Below, piece by piece: positions 18,418 through 29,653 of a stretch of DNA of 54,585 bases; positions within the stretch are counted from its first letter, which is position 1, and each line of letters opens with the position of its first letter. The notes under the pieces were generated by a model. The model did not search any database, was not told where the DNA came from, and saw nothing but the letters and a program-made list of their open reading frames with translations. This DNA is from Rhodospirillales bacterium (lineage in GTDB: Bacteria > Pseudomonadota > Alphaproteobacteria > Rhodospirillales > UBA2165), in NCBI GenBank assembly GCA_046582475.1, contig JAYGEH010000054.1, positions 1 through 54,585 on the forward strand, read 5' to 3'. The translations under genes and the position numbers were made by a program.

Positions 18418-19332
18418 TTGGACTACAACAAACTTGGAAACTCGGAATTGATGGTGGCGCCCATCGGCCTCGGCTGCAACCGCCACCTGGACGATGGCGA
18501 CACCGTTGCCCTGGCCTCGATCCAAAAAGCCCTCGATCTCGGCATCAACCATTTTGACAGCGCCGATATGTACGGCTTCGGCGACGGCGAGACGTTCCTC
18601 GGCAAGGCCTTGAAGGGGCGCCGGGACGAGGCGGTGATCGCCACCAAATTCGGCTTCGTGCGCGGCGACGACGGCAAAATGAAGTATGTCGGCGATCCCG
18701 ACTATGTTCGCCAGGCCTGCGATGCCAGCCTGGGGCGTCTGGGGCTCGATCATATCGATCTCTATTACCAGCACCGCATCGATCCCAGTTTGCCCATCGA
18801 GGAAACCTGGGGCGCCATGGCCGAGCTGGTAACGGCGGGCAAAGTGGGGGCGCTGGCCATATCGAATGCGAACGCCGAGCAAATCCGGCGCGCCCACGCG
18901 GTCCATCCCCTGGCCGCCGTGCAAATGGAGTATTCCCTTTTTGAGCGCACTCCAGAGGCCGAAATTCTGCCCACCTGCAAGGAGCTGGGCGTGAGCTTTG
19001 TCGCCTTTGGGCCGTTGAGCTTTTCGCTGCTCGGCGGCGATGTGACAAGCATCGACGATCTGCCCGAAGGCGACCACTACCGCCGCGGCATGGCGCGCTT
19101 CCAGGACGAAAATATCGGCGCCAATCTCAGATGCGCGGACGCCGTGCAAGCCATCGCCAAGGAAATCGGCGCGACGCCGGGTCAGGTATCCCTGGCATGG
19201 ACCATGTGCGGCGACCACGATGTGATCCCCATCCCCGGCTGCCGCCAGTCCCGCCATCTGGAAGAAAATGCCGGCGCCATCGACATCCATTTGAACGCCG
19301 ATCAGATGCAGCGGTTGAACGACGCGTTCTGA
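18418..19332 (+). CDS. Aldo/keto reductase
   Basis: (M)DYNKLGNSELMVAPIGLGC...GINHFDSADMYG...HIDLYYQHR. A TTG start at 18418 after GGGGAG fits the usual AKR N-terminus. Confidence 0.85.
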   Translation: MDYNKLGNSELMVAPIGLGCNRHLDDGDTVALASIQKALDLGINHFDSADMYGFGDGETFLGKALKGRRDEAVIATKFGFVRGDDGKMKYVGDPDYVRQACDASLGRLGLDHIDLYYQHRIDPSLPIEETWGAMAELVTAGKVGALAISNANAEQIRRAHAVHPLAAVQMEYSLFERTPEAEILPTCKELGVSFVAFGPLSFSLLGGDVTSIDDLPEGDHYRRGMARFQDENIGANLRCADAVQAIAKEIGATPGQVSLAWTMCGDHDVIPIPGCRQSRHLEENAGAIDIHLNADQMQRLNDAF

Positions 19333-19334
19333 TT

Positions 19335-20948
19335 ATGGCGGTTCGCCCGGTTCCGGTTCTCATCGTTGGCGGCGGGCCGGTGGGGCTCGGTCTGGCCAGC
19401 GATCTCGGCTGGCGCGGCATCGAATGTTTGCTGGTGGAGCGCTCCGACGGCAGCGTCTTTCATCCCCGCGCCAACACGGTGAATTCCCGCACCATGGAGT
19501 TCTGCCGCCGCTGGGGGGTGGCCGAAGCGGTGCAAAATGCCGGCGCGCCGCCGGAATTTTCCCAGGACATCCTCTATGTGACCGGACTTCAGGGGCGCAC
19601 CATCGCCCATATCGAGCGCCCGGCCTATGGCGGCGCCAAGCCGTTGCCGACCACGCCGGAACCCTCGCAGCGCTGCAACCAGTTGTTTTTCGATCCGGTC
19701 ATCCGCAATCTGGCATCGGGGTTCGAAAGCGTGACGCTATCCTATGAAACCCAATTCGAAAGTTTTGAACGCACCGATGACGGCGTTCTGGCCACGCTCA
19801 AAGATTTAAATACCGGAATTACGAAACAAACCCATTTCCGCTTTCTGGTCGCCTGCTGCGGCGGCAACTCATCGGTGCCGGATGCCATCGGCTCGGTGAT
19901 GGAAGGCACCCAAGTGCTCTCCTACAACCTCAATTGCTTCGTCAAAATTCCCGAGCTCTGGAAATATCACGACAAGCCCAACGTCGCCTTTTATTTCATG
20001 ACCGGCGACGGCACCGGCGCCAACAGCTTTATCGAACTGGACGGCAAGGAATTGTGGCGCATGGGGCTGACGTCGGACACCGGGCCCCTGTCGGGCGAGA
20101 CTGTCGATGTGCATGGCGTCTTGAAGAAATTGATCGGCGAGGACGTACCGTACGAGCTGCTGTCCACCCTGCCCTGGACCTGCCGCTCCATCGTTGCCGA
20201 CAAATGGTCCGAGGGGCCGGTGTTCCTGGCCGGCGACGCGGTGCACCAGCATTCGCCGGCGGGCGGCTTCGGCATGAATACCGGCATGGGTGACGCCGTC
20301 GATCTGGGCTGGAAGCTGGCCGCCATGATCGAAGGCTGGGGCGGCGAGGCGCTTGGCGCCAGCTACCAGGCCGAGCGGCGCCCGGTCGCCCAGCGCAACG
20401 TGGCCCAGGCCACCGGCAACCGGGAAGTGGATTATTGCGCCTATTCGGGCGCCGTGCTGGATGCCGATACGCCGGAGGGGGCCCAATTGCGGGCGCAACT
20501 CGGCGCCGAAATTATCGCTGAAAAAACCAGCCAGTTCGTGTCGCACGGCATTGCGCTGGGCTACTGCTACGACACCTCGCCCATCGTCGCCGGGGACGGA
20601 ACCGAGGCGCCGCCGCTGACGGTTGGCACCTACGTGCCGACCACCTATCCCGGCGCCCGCGCGCCGCACGCCTGGATCGATGAGAATACTTCGACCATCG
20701 ATATCTTCGGTAAGGGGTTTGTCTTGATGAATTTCACCGGCGAGGCCGCCGGCGCCGGGCAATTCCTCACCGCCGCCGATCAATGCGGCATGCCGCTTCG
20801 CGTGGTCGATTCCGATGACGCCGAAATCGCCGCCATTTATGAGCGGAAATTGGTGCTTGTCCGCCCCGACGGCCATGTAGCGTGGCGCGGCGACCGGGCG
20901 CCGGAAGATGCGGGCGCGATTATCGATCAGGTGCGCGGCGAGGCATAA
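19335..20948 (+). CDS. FAD-dependent aromatic-ring monooxygenase
   Basis: VLIVGGGPVGLGLA (GxGxxG), GDAVHQHSPAGGFGMNTGMGDAVDLGWK, and a C-terminal thioredoxin-like dimerisation region. The ATG lies 2 nt after the AKR stop. Confidence 0.85.
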   Translation: MAVRPVPVLIVGGGPVGLGLASDLGWRGIECLLVERSDGSVFHPRANTVNSRTMEFCRRWGVAEAVQNAGAPPEFSQDILYVTGLQGRTIAHIERPAYGGAKPLPTTPEPSQRCNQLFFDPVIRNLASGFESVTLSYETQFESFERTDDGVLATLKDLNTGITKQTHFRFLVACCGGNSSVPDAIGSVMEGTQVLSYNLNCFVKIPELWKYHDKPNVAFYFMTGDGTGANSFIELDGKELWRMGLTSDTGPLSGETVDVHGVLKKLIGEDVPYELLSTLPWTCRSIVADKWSEGPVFLAGDAVHQHSPAGGFGMNTGMGDAVDLGWKLAAMIEGWGGEALGASYQAERRPVAQRNVAQATGNREVDYCAYSGAVLDADTPEGAQLRAQLGAEIIAEKTSQFVSHGIALGYCYDTSPIVAGDGTEAPPLTVGTYVPTTYPGARAPHAWIDENTSTIDIFGKGFVLMNFTGEAAGAGQFLTAADQCGMPLRVVDSDDAEIAAIYERKLVLVRPDGHVAWRGDRAPEDAGAIIDQVRGEA

Positions 20949-20974
20949 GTCATGACCTAGGCCAAACGGCGGCC

Positions 20975-21232
20975 CTATTCCGCGGCTGCGGGAAAATCAC
21001 CCAAAATGCGGCGGATAGAGGCCGGTCCGTCCTCGCCGTCTTCGATGAAATCGGCGGTGCTGATGAATTCCGGAAACTGGTTTTGCGCGGCATCGCATAA
21101 GAGTCCCGGCGCTTCGCCGCCGATCGGCATTTCTTCCGACCTGGCGATCGGCTGCCAATAGGAACGCCGCAAATTGCCGCCCGGCGTACCGGAACCGGTC
21201 CTGCAAATAGCGATTTTCGGCGCGCCGGACAT
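20975..21232 (-). pseudogene. Possible remnant: N-terminal ~40 aa of a Rieske non-haem oxygenase alpha subunit, then unrelated sequence
   Basis: An 85-aa ORF follows GGGGAGG. The stretch ICRTGSGTPGGNLRRSYWQPIARSEEMP resembles the conserved L(C/T)RVGPGTPMGxLMRxYWxPxxxSxEL N-terminus of phthalate-family oxygenases. No Rieske CxH...CxxH motif follows. Confidence 0.3.
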
Positions 21233-21297
21233 GGTGCCTCCCCAGTACCGCCGGGCAAATTGAATCGCACCCCCGGCGAATTGCCCTCGAGGGGATT

Positions 21298-21786
21298 TTA
21301 AGCCGGCAGCGCCACTTCGCGGCGGCGGATCAGCCACCAGACAATCAGCGCGCCCAACAGCTTGCTGGCCGTCATCGCCACGGCGCCGGCCAGCGACAAA
21401 AAGCCCATCAGACCTAAGAAGACAACGCTGTCGATGGGCGTGCCGATGATGCTGGAATAGATGATGCGCTCCGACAGAGGCCGGCGGGTGAAGGAATAGA
21501 CCGCCCAATTGGCCAACTCGCTCACCAGAAAGGCGGCGGCGCTGGCCTTGGCCACTTCGGGGCCGGCCATAAAATAGCTGAGGCCGAGACCGATGGCCAT
21601 GGCCACCAGCACATAATGGCCGATCTCGCGCTGCGCGAAATCGCGGGCGACGAAGACGAATCCTACCAGAAGCGCCACCGGCGGCCACATGGTGCCGCCC
21701 GGCAGCTTGACCAGGGGAACCACCGTGAAGGCCCAGTTCACCAGAACCACAAGGGCAATATAAACAAAGGTATGGAGGTATTTCAT
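21298..21786 (-). CDS. yhhQ: VUT-family queuosine-precursor transporter (YhhQ/DUF165-like)
   Basis: 162-aa polytopic membrane protein MKYLHTFVYIALVVLVNWAF...FVARDFAQREIG...SIIGTPIDSVVF. Only the 3' part of track ORF 21298..22410 is credible. Confidence 0.75.
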   Translation of the reverse strand: MKYLHTFVYIALVVLVNWAFTVVPLVKLPGGTMWPPVALLVGFVFVARDFAQREIGHYVLVAMAIGLGLSYFMAGPEVAKASAAAFLVSELANWAVYSFTRRPLSERIIYSSIIGTPIDSVVFLGLMGFLSLAGAVAMTASKLLGALIVWWLIRRREVALPA

Positions 21787-22014
21787 CGTATTCCGCCAAA
21801 TTCTGGGTGTACCTAACCGAACCAATAACCCCTGTCGAGACCCAATTCCGGGTCCCGTGTTAACATTGTCACGGTGATATTCGTTGGAATTCGGCTTAAA
21901 GTGACTATCTAAAAAAATGCGCGTGCGGTTGAAATTCCGCCGCGCCATTGCGAATATGGCTGCAACCCCGGCAAAATTGGGTCCGGGCAGCCAGCCTGAA
22001 GGAGAACCGAGCAC

Positions 22015-22839
22015 GTGGATTTTGCAACCCTGGCCGGCCTGGCGGTCGGCATCACTGTTGTAACCCTGGCGATAGCGACGGGATCGGATTTTTCGATCTT
22101 TCTCAACGCGCCCGGCTTTCTGATCGTTATCGGCGGCACCTTCGCCGCCACCATGATCAAGTTTCCCCTGTCGGGCTTTTTCATATCCATGCCGGTGGGC
22201 ATGAAGGCCGCCTTCACCAACGATAGTGAACAGCCGCGCGATTACATAAAGCTGGCCATCAAACTGGTCAAATAGGGGCGCAAATCGGGACTGATATCCC
22301 TGGAAAACGAAAAAATCCGCAATCCGTTTTTCAAAAAAGGCATCCAGCTTTGCGCCGACGGGCGCGACCTCGATTACATCCGCAAGGTCCTCACCCAGGA
22401 GATGGCCCATTCCATCCAGCGCGAAGAGGTGGGCGCCCGGGTGTTCCAGGCTATCGGCGAAGCGGCGCCGGCCTTCGGCATGTTCGGCACCTTGGTAGGC
22501 TTGGTGCAGATGCTGAGCAATATGAGCGATCCGTCGGTTATCGGGCCGGCCATGGCGGTTGCCCTTCTGACCACGCTCTATGGGGTTTTGCTGGCCAACC
22601 TGATCGCGCTGCCCATCGCCGACAAGCTGGAAGACAAGGCCGGAAGAGAAAAGTTGCTGCGATCCTTAATCATCGAATGCGTGTTTCAAATTCAGCAACT
22701 GCAAAACCCGACGGCGCTGCGCGAAATACTCGAGCCTTATCTGCCTGAGAAACAGCGCGCCTTCGGCGGCGACGATTCCTATACCGGCGGCTTGAAATCG
22801 GGCGGCGACCGTCAGGCCGGCCTAAAGAAGGTGGCCTGA
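22015..22839 (+). pseudogene. motA: MotA/PomA-type stator proton-channel protein with one in-frame TAG (22273-22275)
   Basis: Track ORFs 22015..22275 and 22402..22839 are in the same frame. Read-through gives ...DYIKLAIKLVK*GRKSGLISLENEKIRNPFFKKGIQLCADG...AAPAFGMFGTLVGLVQMLSNMSDPSVIGPAMAVALLTTLYG, which is collinear with PomA/MotA. Confidence 0.8.
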
Positions 22840-22840
22840 C

Positions 22841-23614
22841 ATGCCCCTGACGACCGCCGCCATCGAGGTCGGTGTAACGCGCAAGAAGCGGAAAGGGGCG
22901 CCGGTCTGGCTGGTTACATTCGCAGATTTGATGGCACTGTTGTTTGCGCTGTTCGTGCTGATCATATCGTTTTCGGAAATCGACAGCGACAGCTTCCGCC
23001 GCAACGCGGGCCCCCTGGCCGAGGCCTTCAACTAGCCGCCGCCCATATTCACCCGCTCCGAGAAAAGCGCCTCCAGCGCCTCGAAACCGGTGCAGGAAAA
23101 GCTGGAGAAGAAAAACGAGGCGCAATCGGAAAACGAGGCCAGCTATTTGCGCACCGTGCAGCGCGGCAAGCTGACCGAGAAGGTGCGGGCCGCCCTCGCG
23201 GGCGAGCTGCGCTCCGGCGTTGTCCAATTGGAAATCAAGGACCGCTTTATCATCCTCCGCTTTCCGGCGCGCACCACCTTTGCCCTCGGCAATTCCGATC
23301 TGGAGGGCGCCATCGGCGGCACCCTGGACCGCATCGCAGATGTCCTGGCGCGCACCAACGGCGATATAATCGTTTCCGGACATTCCGACAACCGGCCCAT
23401 ATCCACCGGCCGCTACCGGTCCAACTGGGATTTGTCCTCGGCCCGCGCGGTGTCGGTCATTCACCGGCTTTTGCGCCATCCGAACCTGAACCGCGGCCGC
23501 GTTTCCGCCGTCGGCTATGCCGACACCCGCCCGCGCACCTCCAACGACAGCGCCGATGGCCGCGCCAAAAACCGCCGCGTCGAAATCAAGGTCGAAATCC
23601 CGGCCACCCGGTGA
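22841..23614 (+). pseudogene. motB: MotB/PomB-type stator protein (OmpA-like C-terminus) with one in-frame TAG (23033-23035)
   Basis: ORFs 22841..23035 and 23090..23614 are in the same frame. The TM/plug region WLVTFADLMALLFALFVLIISFSEID includes the conserved Asp. The OmpA-like domain has GHSDNRPI...SNWDLSSARA...NRRVEI. Confidence 0.8.
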
Positions 23615-23657
23615 TAGGACTTGGAGAAATTTCCCCCATTTTCCCTCCCATTTAACG

Positions 23658-23686
23658 TTGACAGTGTGAGTGCCAAGCGGTAGTTT
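23658..23686 (+). promoter_or_regulatory. Candidate sigma70-type promoter of rplU-rpmA
   Basis: TTGACA (23658-23663), a 17-nt spacer, then TAGTTT (23681-23686), about 60 nt upstream of the rplU ATG. Confidence 0.4.
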
Positions 23687-23747
23687 CCGCGCCTTCCGGC
23701 GGGAATGATAGAAACCCGCCATTTTTATGACGGAAAGCAATTAGAAA

Positions 23748-24320
23748 ATGTACGCAGTCGTTAAGACCGGCGGTAAGCAATATCGCGTGACGCCCGGCGA
23801 CGTCATTCTTGTTGAAAAACTGCTCGGCGAAACCGGCGGCAAACTCAAGCTGGAAAACGTCCTGATGATTGGCGAGGACGGCAAGGCGACCGAGATCGGC
23901 GCCCCGTTGGTCGCCAAGGCGGCGGTCAATTGCGAGATTCTCGATCAAAGCCGCGCCGAAAAGGTGATCGTCTTCAAGAAAAAAAAGCGCAAAGGCTATC
24001 GACGCCTCAACGGCCATCGCCAGGAACAGACCGTGCTGCGCGTTCTCGACATCAACGGCAAGGGCGCCGTGAAGCCGAGGGCGGCGGCGAAACCGCAAGC
24101 GGCGGATAAACCCGAAGCGGCCGAAAAACCGAAAGCGGCCGCGAAACCCAAGGCAGCGCCAAAACTGAAAGCGGCGACGAAATCCAAAGCGCCCGCCAAA
24201 GACAAGGCCCCGGCCAAGGCGAGGGCCCCGGCCAAGGCGAAGGCGGCGGCGAAGCCAAAAGCGGCGGCTAAATCGAAGGCGCCGGCGAAACCCAAGGCGC
24301 CTTCAAAGAAAGACGATTAA
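23748..24320 (+). CDS. rplU: 50S ribosomal protein L21 with a long Lys/Ala/Pro-rich C-terminal tail
   Basis: [25 protein letters not shown]... forms the core (~100 aa). It is followed by ~85 aa of AKPKAAAK-type repeats. Confidence 0.95.
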   Translation: MYAVVKTGGKQYRVTPGDVILVEKLLGETGGKLKLENVLMIGEDGKATEIGAPLVAKAAVNCEILDQSRAEKVIVFKKKKRKGYRRLNGHRQEQTVLRVLDINGKGAVKPRAAAKPQAADKPEAAEKPKAAAKPKAAPKLKAATKSKAPAKDKAPAKARAPAKAKAAAKPKAAAKSKAPAKPKAPSKKDD

Positions 24321-24332
24321 GGAGCAACGCTT

Positions 24333-24593
24333 ATGGCCCATAAAAAAGCAGGCGGATCATCGCGCAACGGACGCGATACCATCGGGCGGCGCCTCGGCGT
24401 CAAGAAATTCGGCGGCCAGGAAGTGCTCGCCGGCAACATCATCGTGCGCCAGCGCGGCACCAAGTTCCATCCCGGCGAGAATGTGGGCATGGGCAGGGAC
24501 CATACCCTGTTCGCGCTTTCCGAAGGCAGGGTCTCGTTCCGCAAAAAGGCCGCCGGTCGCACCTTCGTCAATGTCGAGCCGAGCCCCGCATAA
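24333..24593 (+). CDS. rpmA: 50S ribosomal protein L27
   Basis: [29 protein letters not shown]...[13 protein letters not shown]. Confidence 0.97.
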   Translation: MAHKKAGGSSRNGRDTIGRRLGVKKFGGQEVLAGNIIVRQRGTKFHPGENVGMGRDHTLFALSEGRVSFRKKAAGRTFVNVEPSPA

Positions 24594-24624
24594 GCGATCC
24601 GGCCATTGGCTTATTAGTTTTAAG

Positions 24625-24651
24625 GGGAATGGCCATCCATTCCCTTTTTTT
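24625..24651 (+). terminator. Rho-independent terminator after rpmA
   Basis: GGGAATGG-CCAT-CCATTCCC forms an 8-bp stem with a 4-nt loop, followed by T7 (24645-24651). Confidence 0.8.
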
Positions 24652-24656
24652 GATAG

Positions 24657-26866
<2,210 letters not shown>

Positions 26867-26878
26867 GATGAACCGGTT

Positions 26879-28153
26879 ATGACTATGAATCCAATTACGG
26901 GAAATATCCCCGCCCTGATGCAGGAAATCGGCGCTGCCGCCAAGGACGCCGCCAGAACCCTGGCCGGGGCGCCGACGGAGGCCAAAAACCGCGCCCTTAC
27001 CGAAGCCGCCAATTCCCTGCGCGGCAACGCCGCCGCGCTTTTGGACGCCAACGCAAAAGATATGGATGGGGGCCGCGAAAAAGGCCTCACCGCGTCGCTC
27101 CTGGACCGCCTGGCACTGGACGAAAAGCGCATCGAGGCTATGGCGGTTGGTCTGGAACAGATCGCCGCATTGGAGGATCCGGTCGGCTTCGTCATGGACC
27201 GTTGGCAGCGGCCCAACGGCCTGGACATATCCCGGGTGCGGGTGCCGTTGGGCGTGATCGGCATTATTTACGAATCCCGGCCCAACGTGACCGCCGACGC
27301 CGGCAGCCTGTGCCTGAAATCGGGCAATGCGTCTATTTTGCGGGGCGGCTCGGAAAGTTTTCATTCTTCCACGGCGATCTTCGATTGCATGCAGGAAGGC
27401 CTGAAACTGGCCAACCTGCCGGCCGCCGCTATCCAAATGGTGCCCACCACCGACCGCGCCGCCGTCGGCGAGATGCTGACCATGACCGAGTATATAGACG
27501 TGATCGTGCCGCGCGGCGGCAGGTCCTTGGTGGAGCGGGTGCAGACCGAGGCAAAAGTACCCGTCTTCGCCCATCTGGAGGGCATCTGCCACACCTATAT
27601 CCATGCCGATTCCGATCCCGACATGGCCCGCGACATCGTCGTCAACGCCAAGATGCGCCGCACGTCCATCTGCGGCGCCACCGAAACCCTGTTGATCGAT
27701 AAGGGCGCGGCGGCGACCCACCTGCCGATGATCCTGGATGCGCTCACCCAGGCCGGTTGCGAAATCCGCGGCGACGCCGATACCAGGGCGCTTGATGACC
27801 GGGTCGGCCCGGCCACCGACGAAGACTGGGAAACGGAATATCTGGACGCTATCATCGCCGTCAAACAGGTAGACGGCGTCGAGGACGCTGTCCGTCATAT
27901 CAACGAACATGGCTCCGACCATACCGACGCCATCGTCACCGATGATCCGGAGACGGCGGAAACTTTCCTCAGCGGCGTCAACAGCGCCATCGCCATGCAC
28001 AACACATCGACCCAGTTCGCCGACGGCGGCGAGTTCGGCATGGGTGCTGAGATCGGCATATCCACGGGCAAGCTGCACGCACGCGGCCCGGTCGGCGTCG
28101 ATCAACTGACCACGTTCAAATATGTGGTTCGCGGCACCGGCCAGACCCGGTGA
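26879..28153 (+). CDS. proA: Glutamate-5-semialdehyde dehydrogenase
   Basis: 424 aa with [14 protein letters not shown] and [17 protein letters not shown] (catalytic Cys). Confidence 0.95.
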   Translation: MTMNPITGNIPALMQEIGAAAKDAARTLAGAPTEAKNRALTEAANSLRGNAAALLDANAKDMDGGREKGLTASLLDRLALDEKRIEAMAVGLEQIAALEDPVGFVMDRWQRPNGLDISRVRVPLGVIGIIYESRPNVTADAGSLCLKSGNASILRGGSESFHSSTAIFDCMQEGLKLANLPAAAIQMVPTTDRAAVGEMLTMTEYIDVIVPRGGRSLVERVQTEAKVPVFAHLEGICHTYIHADSDPDMARDIVVNAKMRRTSICGATETLLIDKGAAATHLPMILDALTQAGCEIRGDADTRALDDRVGPATDEDWETEYLDAIIAVKQVDGVEDAVRHINEHGSDHTDAIVTDDPETAETFLSGVNSAIAMHNTSTQFADGGEFGMGAEIGISTGKLHARGPVGVDQLTTFKYVVRGTGQTR

Positions 28154-28746
28154 GCAATTACAAACGCATCGGTCTTCTCGGCGGCTCGTTCAATCCGGCC
28201 CACCGGGGCCATTTGAATATCAGCCTGACCGCCCTGGACAGTCTCGATCTGGACGAGGTTTGGTGGCTGGTATCGCCGCAAAACCCGTTGAAACCGTATC
28301 AAGGCATGGCGCCCTACGAGACCCGCTTCGCGTCCGCCGAGGCCCGCGCCGATGATGCCCGCATCCGCGTCTCTCACTTCGAGCGGGATCACGGCACCCG
28401 CTATACCGCCGAAACAGTACGCGCCTTGAAAAAAGCCTGGCCTGAAGACAATTTCGTGTTTCTCATCGGTGCCGACAATCTGATCCAGTTTCATAAATGG
28501 CGCCAATGGCGGCAGATATTCCGGCTTATTCCCATTGCGGTTTTTCCCAGGCCTTCTTATTCTATGCGGGCGCTCAAGTCGCGGGCGGCCCATCGGTTCG
28601 TCCGGCAACGGGTGCCGGAAATTTATGCCAAGCGTCTGGCCTCGAAACGGGCCCCGGCATGGATGTTCCTGCACATGGCGCCGGACGCAAGCTCGGCCAC
28701 CAAAATCCGGGCGCGCCGGCGTACGGTTGGTGCCCGAATCGTTTAA
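28150..28746 (+). CDS. nadD: Nicotinate-nucleotide adenylyltransferase
   Basis: [16 protein letters not shown] ((H/T)xGH motif). The GTG start overlaps the proA stop. Confidence 0.9.
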   Translation: MSNYKRIGLLGGSFNPAHRGHLNISLTALDSLDLDEVWWLVSPQNPLKPYQGMAPYETRFASAEARADDARIRVSHFERDHGTRYTAETVRALKKAWPEDNFVFLIGADNLIQFHKWRQWRQIFRLIPIAVFPRPSYSMRALKSRAAHRFVRQRVPEIYAKRLASKRAPAWMFLHMAPDASSATKIRARRRTVGARIV

Positions 28747-28769
28747 GACTGGACACATGCGGAAAGGAG

Positions 28770-29156
28770 ATGCATCCCATCGTTCGTTATAAATCGACGC
28801 CACCGTCACCCTCGCAATTGCTGGATACGGTTACGGCGTCTCTTGATGACGACAAGGCGCTTGCAGCCGACGTCATCGATCTTGCCGGTAAAACCGATTT
28901 TGCCGACTATATGGTTATTGCGACGGGAACGTCGCAGCGGCACATCGCCACCATGGCAGAGCATCTCCGCGAAAATTTGAAAGCCAATGGCCTTGCCTCG
29001 GTTCCGATTGAGGGGCTGGGCAATTGCGACTGGGTGTTGATCGACGCCGGCGATATCATAGTCAATCTGTTCAAGCCCGAGGTCCGGCAATTCTACGAGC
29101 TGGAGAAAATCTGGGGCGATCCTGTCGCCGAAACCGGATCGGCGGCCAAACCTTGA
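28770..29156 (+). CDS. rsfS: Ribosome silencing factor RsfS
   Basis: AAGGAG lies before the ATG. DDKALAADVIDLAGKTDFADYMVIATGTSQRH...WVLIDAGDIIVNLF. Confidence 0.9.
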   Translation: MHPIVRYKSTPPSPSQLLDTVTASLDDDKALAADVIDLAGKTDFADYMVIATGTSQRHIATMAEHLRENLKANGLASVPIEGLGNCDWVLIDAGDIIVNLFKPEVRQFYELEKIWGDPVAETGSAAKP

Positions 29157-29186
29157 GCCTGCAACGGGCTTGAAGGAACCGGGGCG

Positions 29187-29642
29187 GTGCAGATCACCAT
29201 TGCCGCCGTCGGACGCATGAAATCCAGCCCGGCCGCCTTGCAATGGGAAGACTACCGCAAAAGGATGGCCTGGCCGGTTTCCTTAAAAGAAGTGGAAGAG
29301 CGCAAGAATCTTCCCGAACCCCAGATGATCCTGCGCGAAGCGGAACTGCTTAGCGCCGCCGTTCCCGCCGACGCCTTGCTGATCGCCCTCGATCCCGGCG
29401 GCAAGTCCCTGTCGAGCGAGGAATTCGCCGCCCAGATGCAGCGCTGGATGAACGACGGCCGGTCCCAATTCGCCTTCGTCATCGGCGGCGCCGGCGGGCT
29501 GGCCGGGGCGCTGGTTGCCCAGGCCGGCTTCAAATTGTCCTTGGGCGCCATGACTTGGCCGCACATGCTAGCCAGGGTCATGCTGATCGAACAGCTTTAC
29601 CGGGCGCAATGTATCTTGACGAAGCATCCCTATCACCGTTAG
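29187..29642 (+). CDS. rlmH: 23S rRNA (pseudouridine1915-N3)-methyltransferase
   Basis: 151-aa SPOUT fold with FVIGGAGGL...LSLGAMTWPHMLARVMLIEQLYRA. Confidence 0.9.
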   Translation: MQITIAAVGRMKSSPAALQWEDYRKRMAWPVSLKEVEERKNLPEPQMILREAELLSAAVPADALLIALDPGGKSLSSEEFAAQMQRWMNDGRSQFAFVIGGAGGLAGALVAQAGFKLSLGAMTWPHMLARVMLIEQLYRAQCILTKHPYHR

Positions 29643-29653
29643 ACCGCGACAGA

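Noticed and set aside
21787-21900. A preQ1-I riboswitch upstream of yhhQ
   Set aside because: The minus-strand leader contains GGUUCGGUUAGGUACACCC. This recalls the GGUUCUAGCUACACCC core of the B. subtilis preQ1 aptamer as I remember it. However, it has a 3-nt insertion, only a weak 4-bp P1, and lacks the A-rich tail and pseudoknot partner. It is not supportable without a covariance-model scan (RF00522).
22273-23035. Genetic-code reassignment or pyrrolysine as the explanation for the two in-frame TAGs in motA and motB
   Set aside because: TAG terminates several well-supported genes at the expected C-termini: the LLM genes at 10902 and 14027, the FMN reductase at 17801 and MarR at 47575. No pyl-type genes are in the window. 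Local nonsense mutation, error or suppression is more parsimonious.
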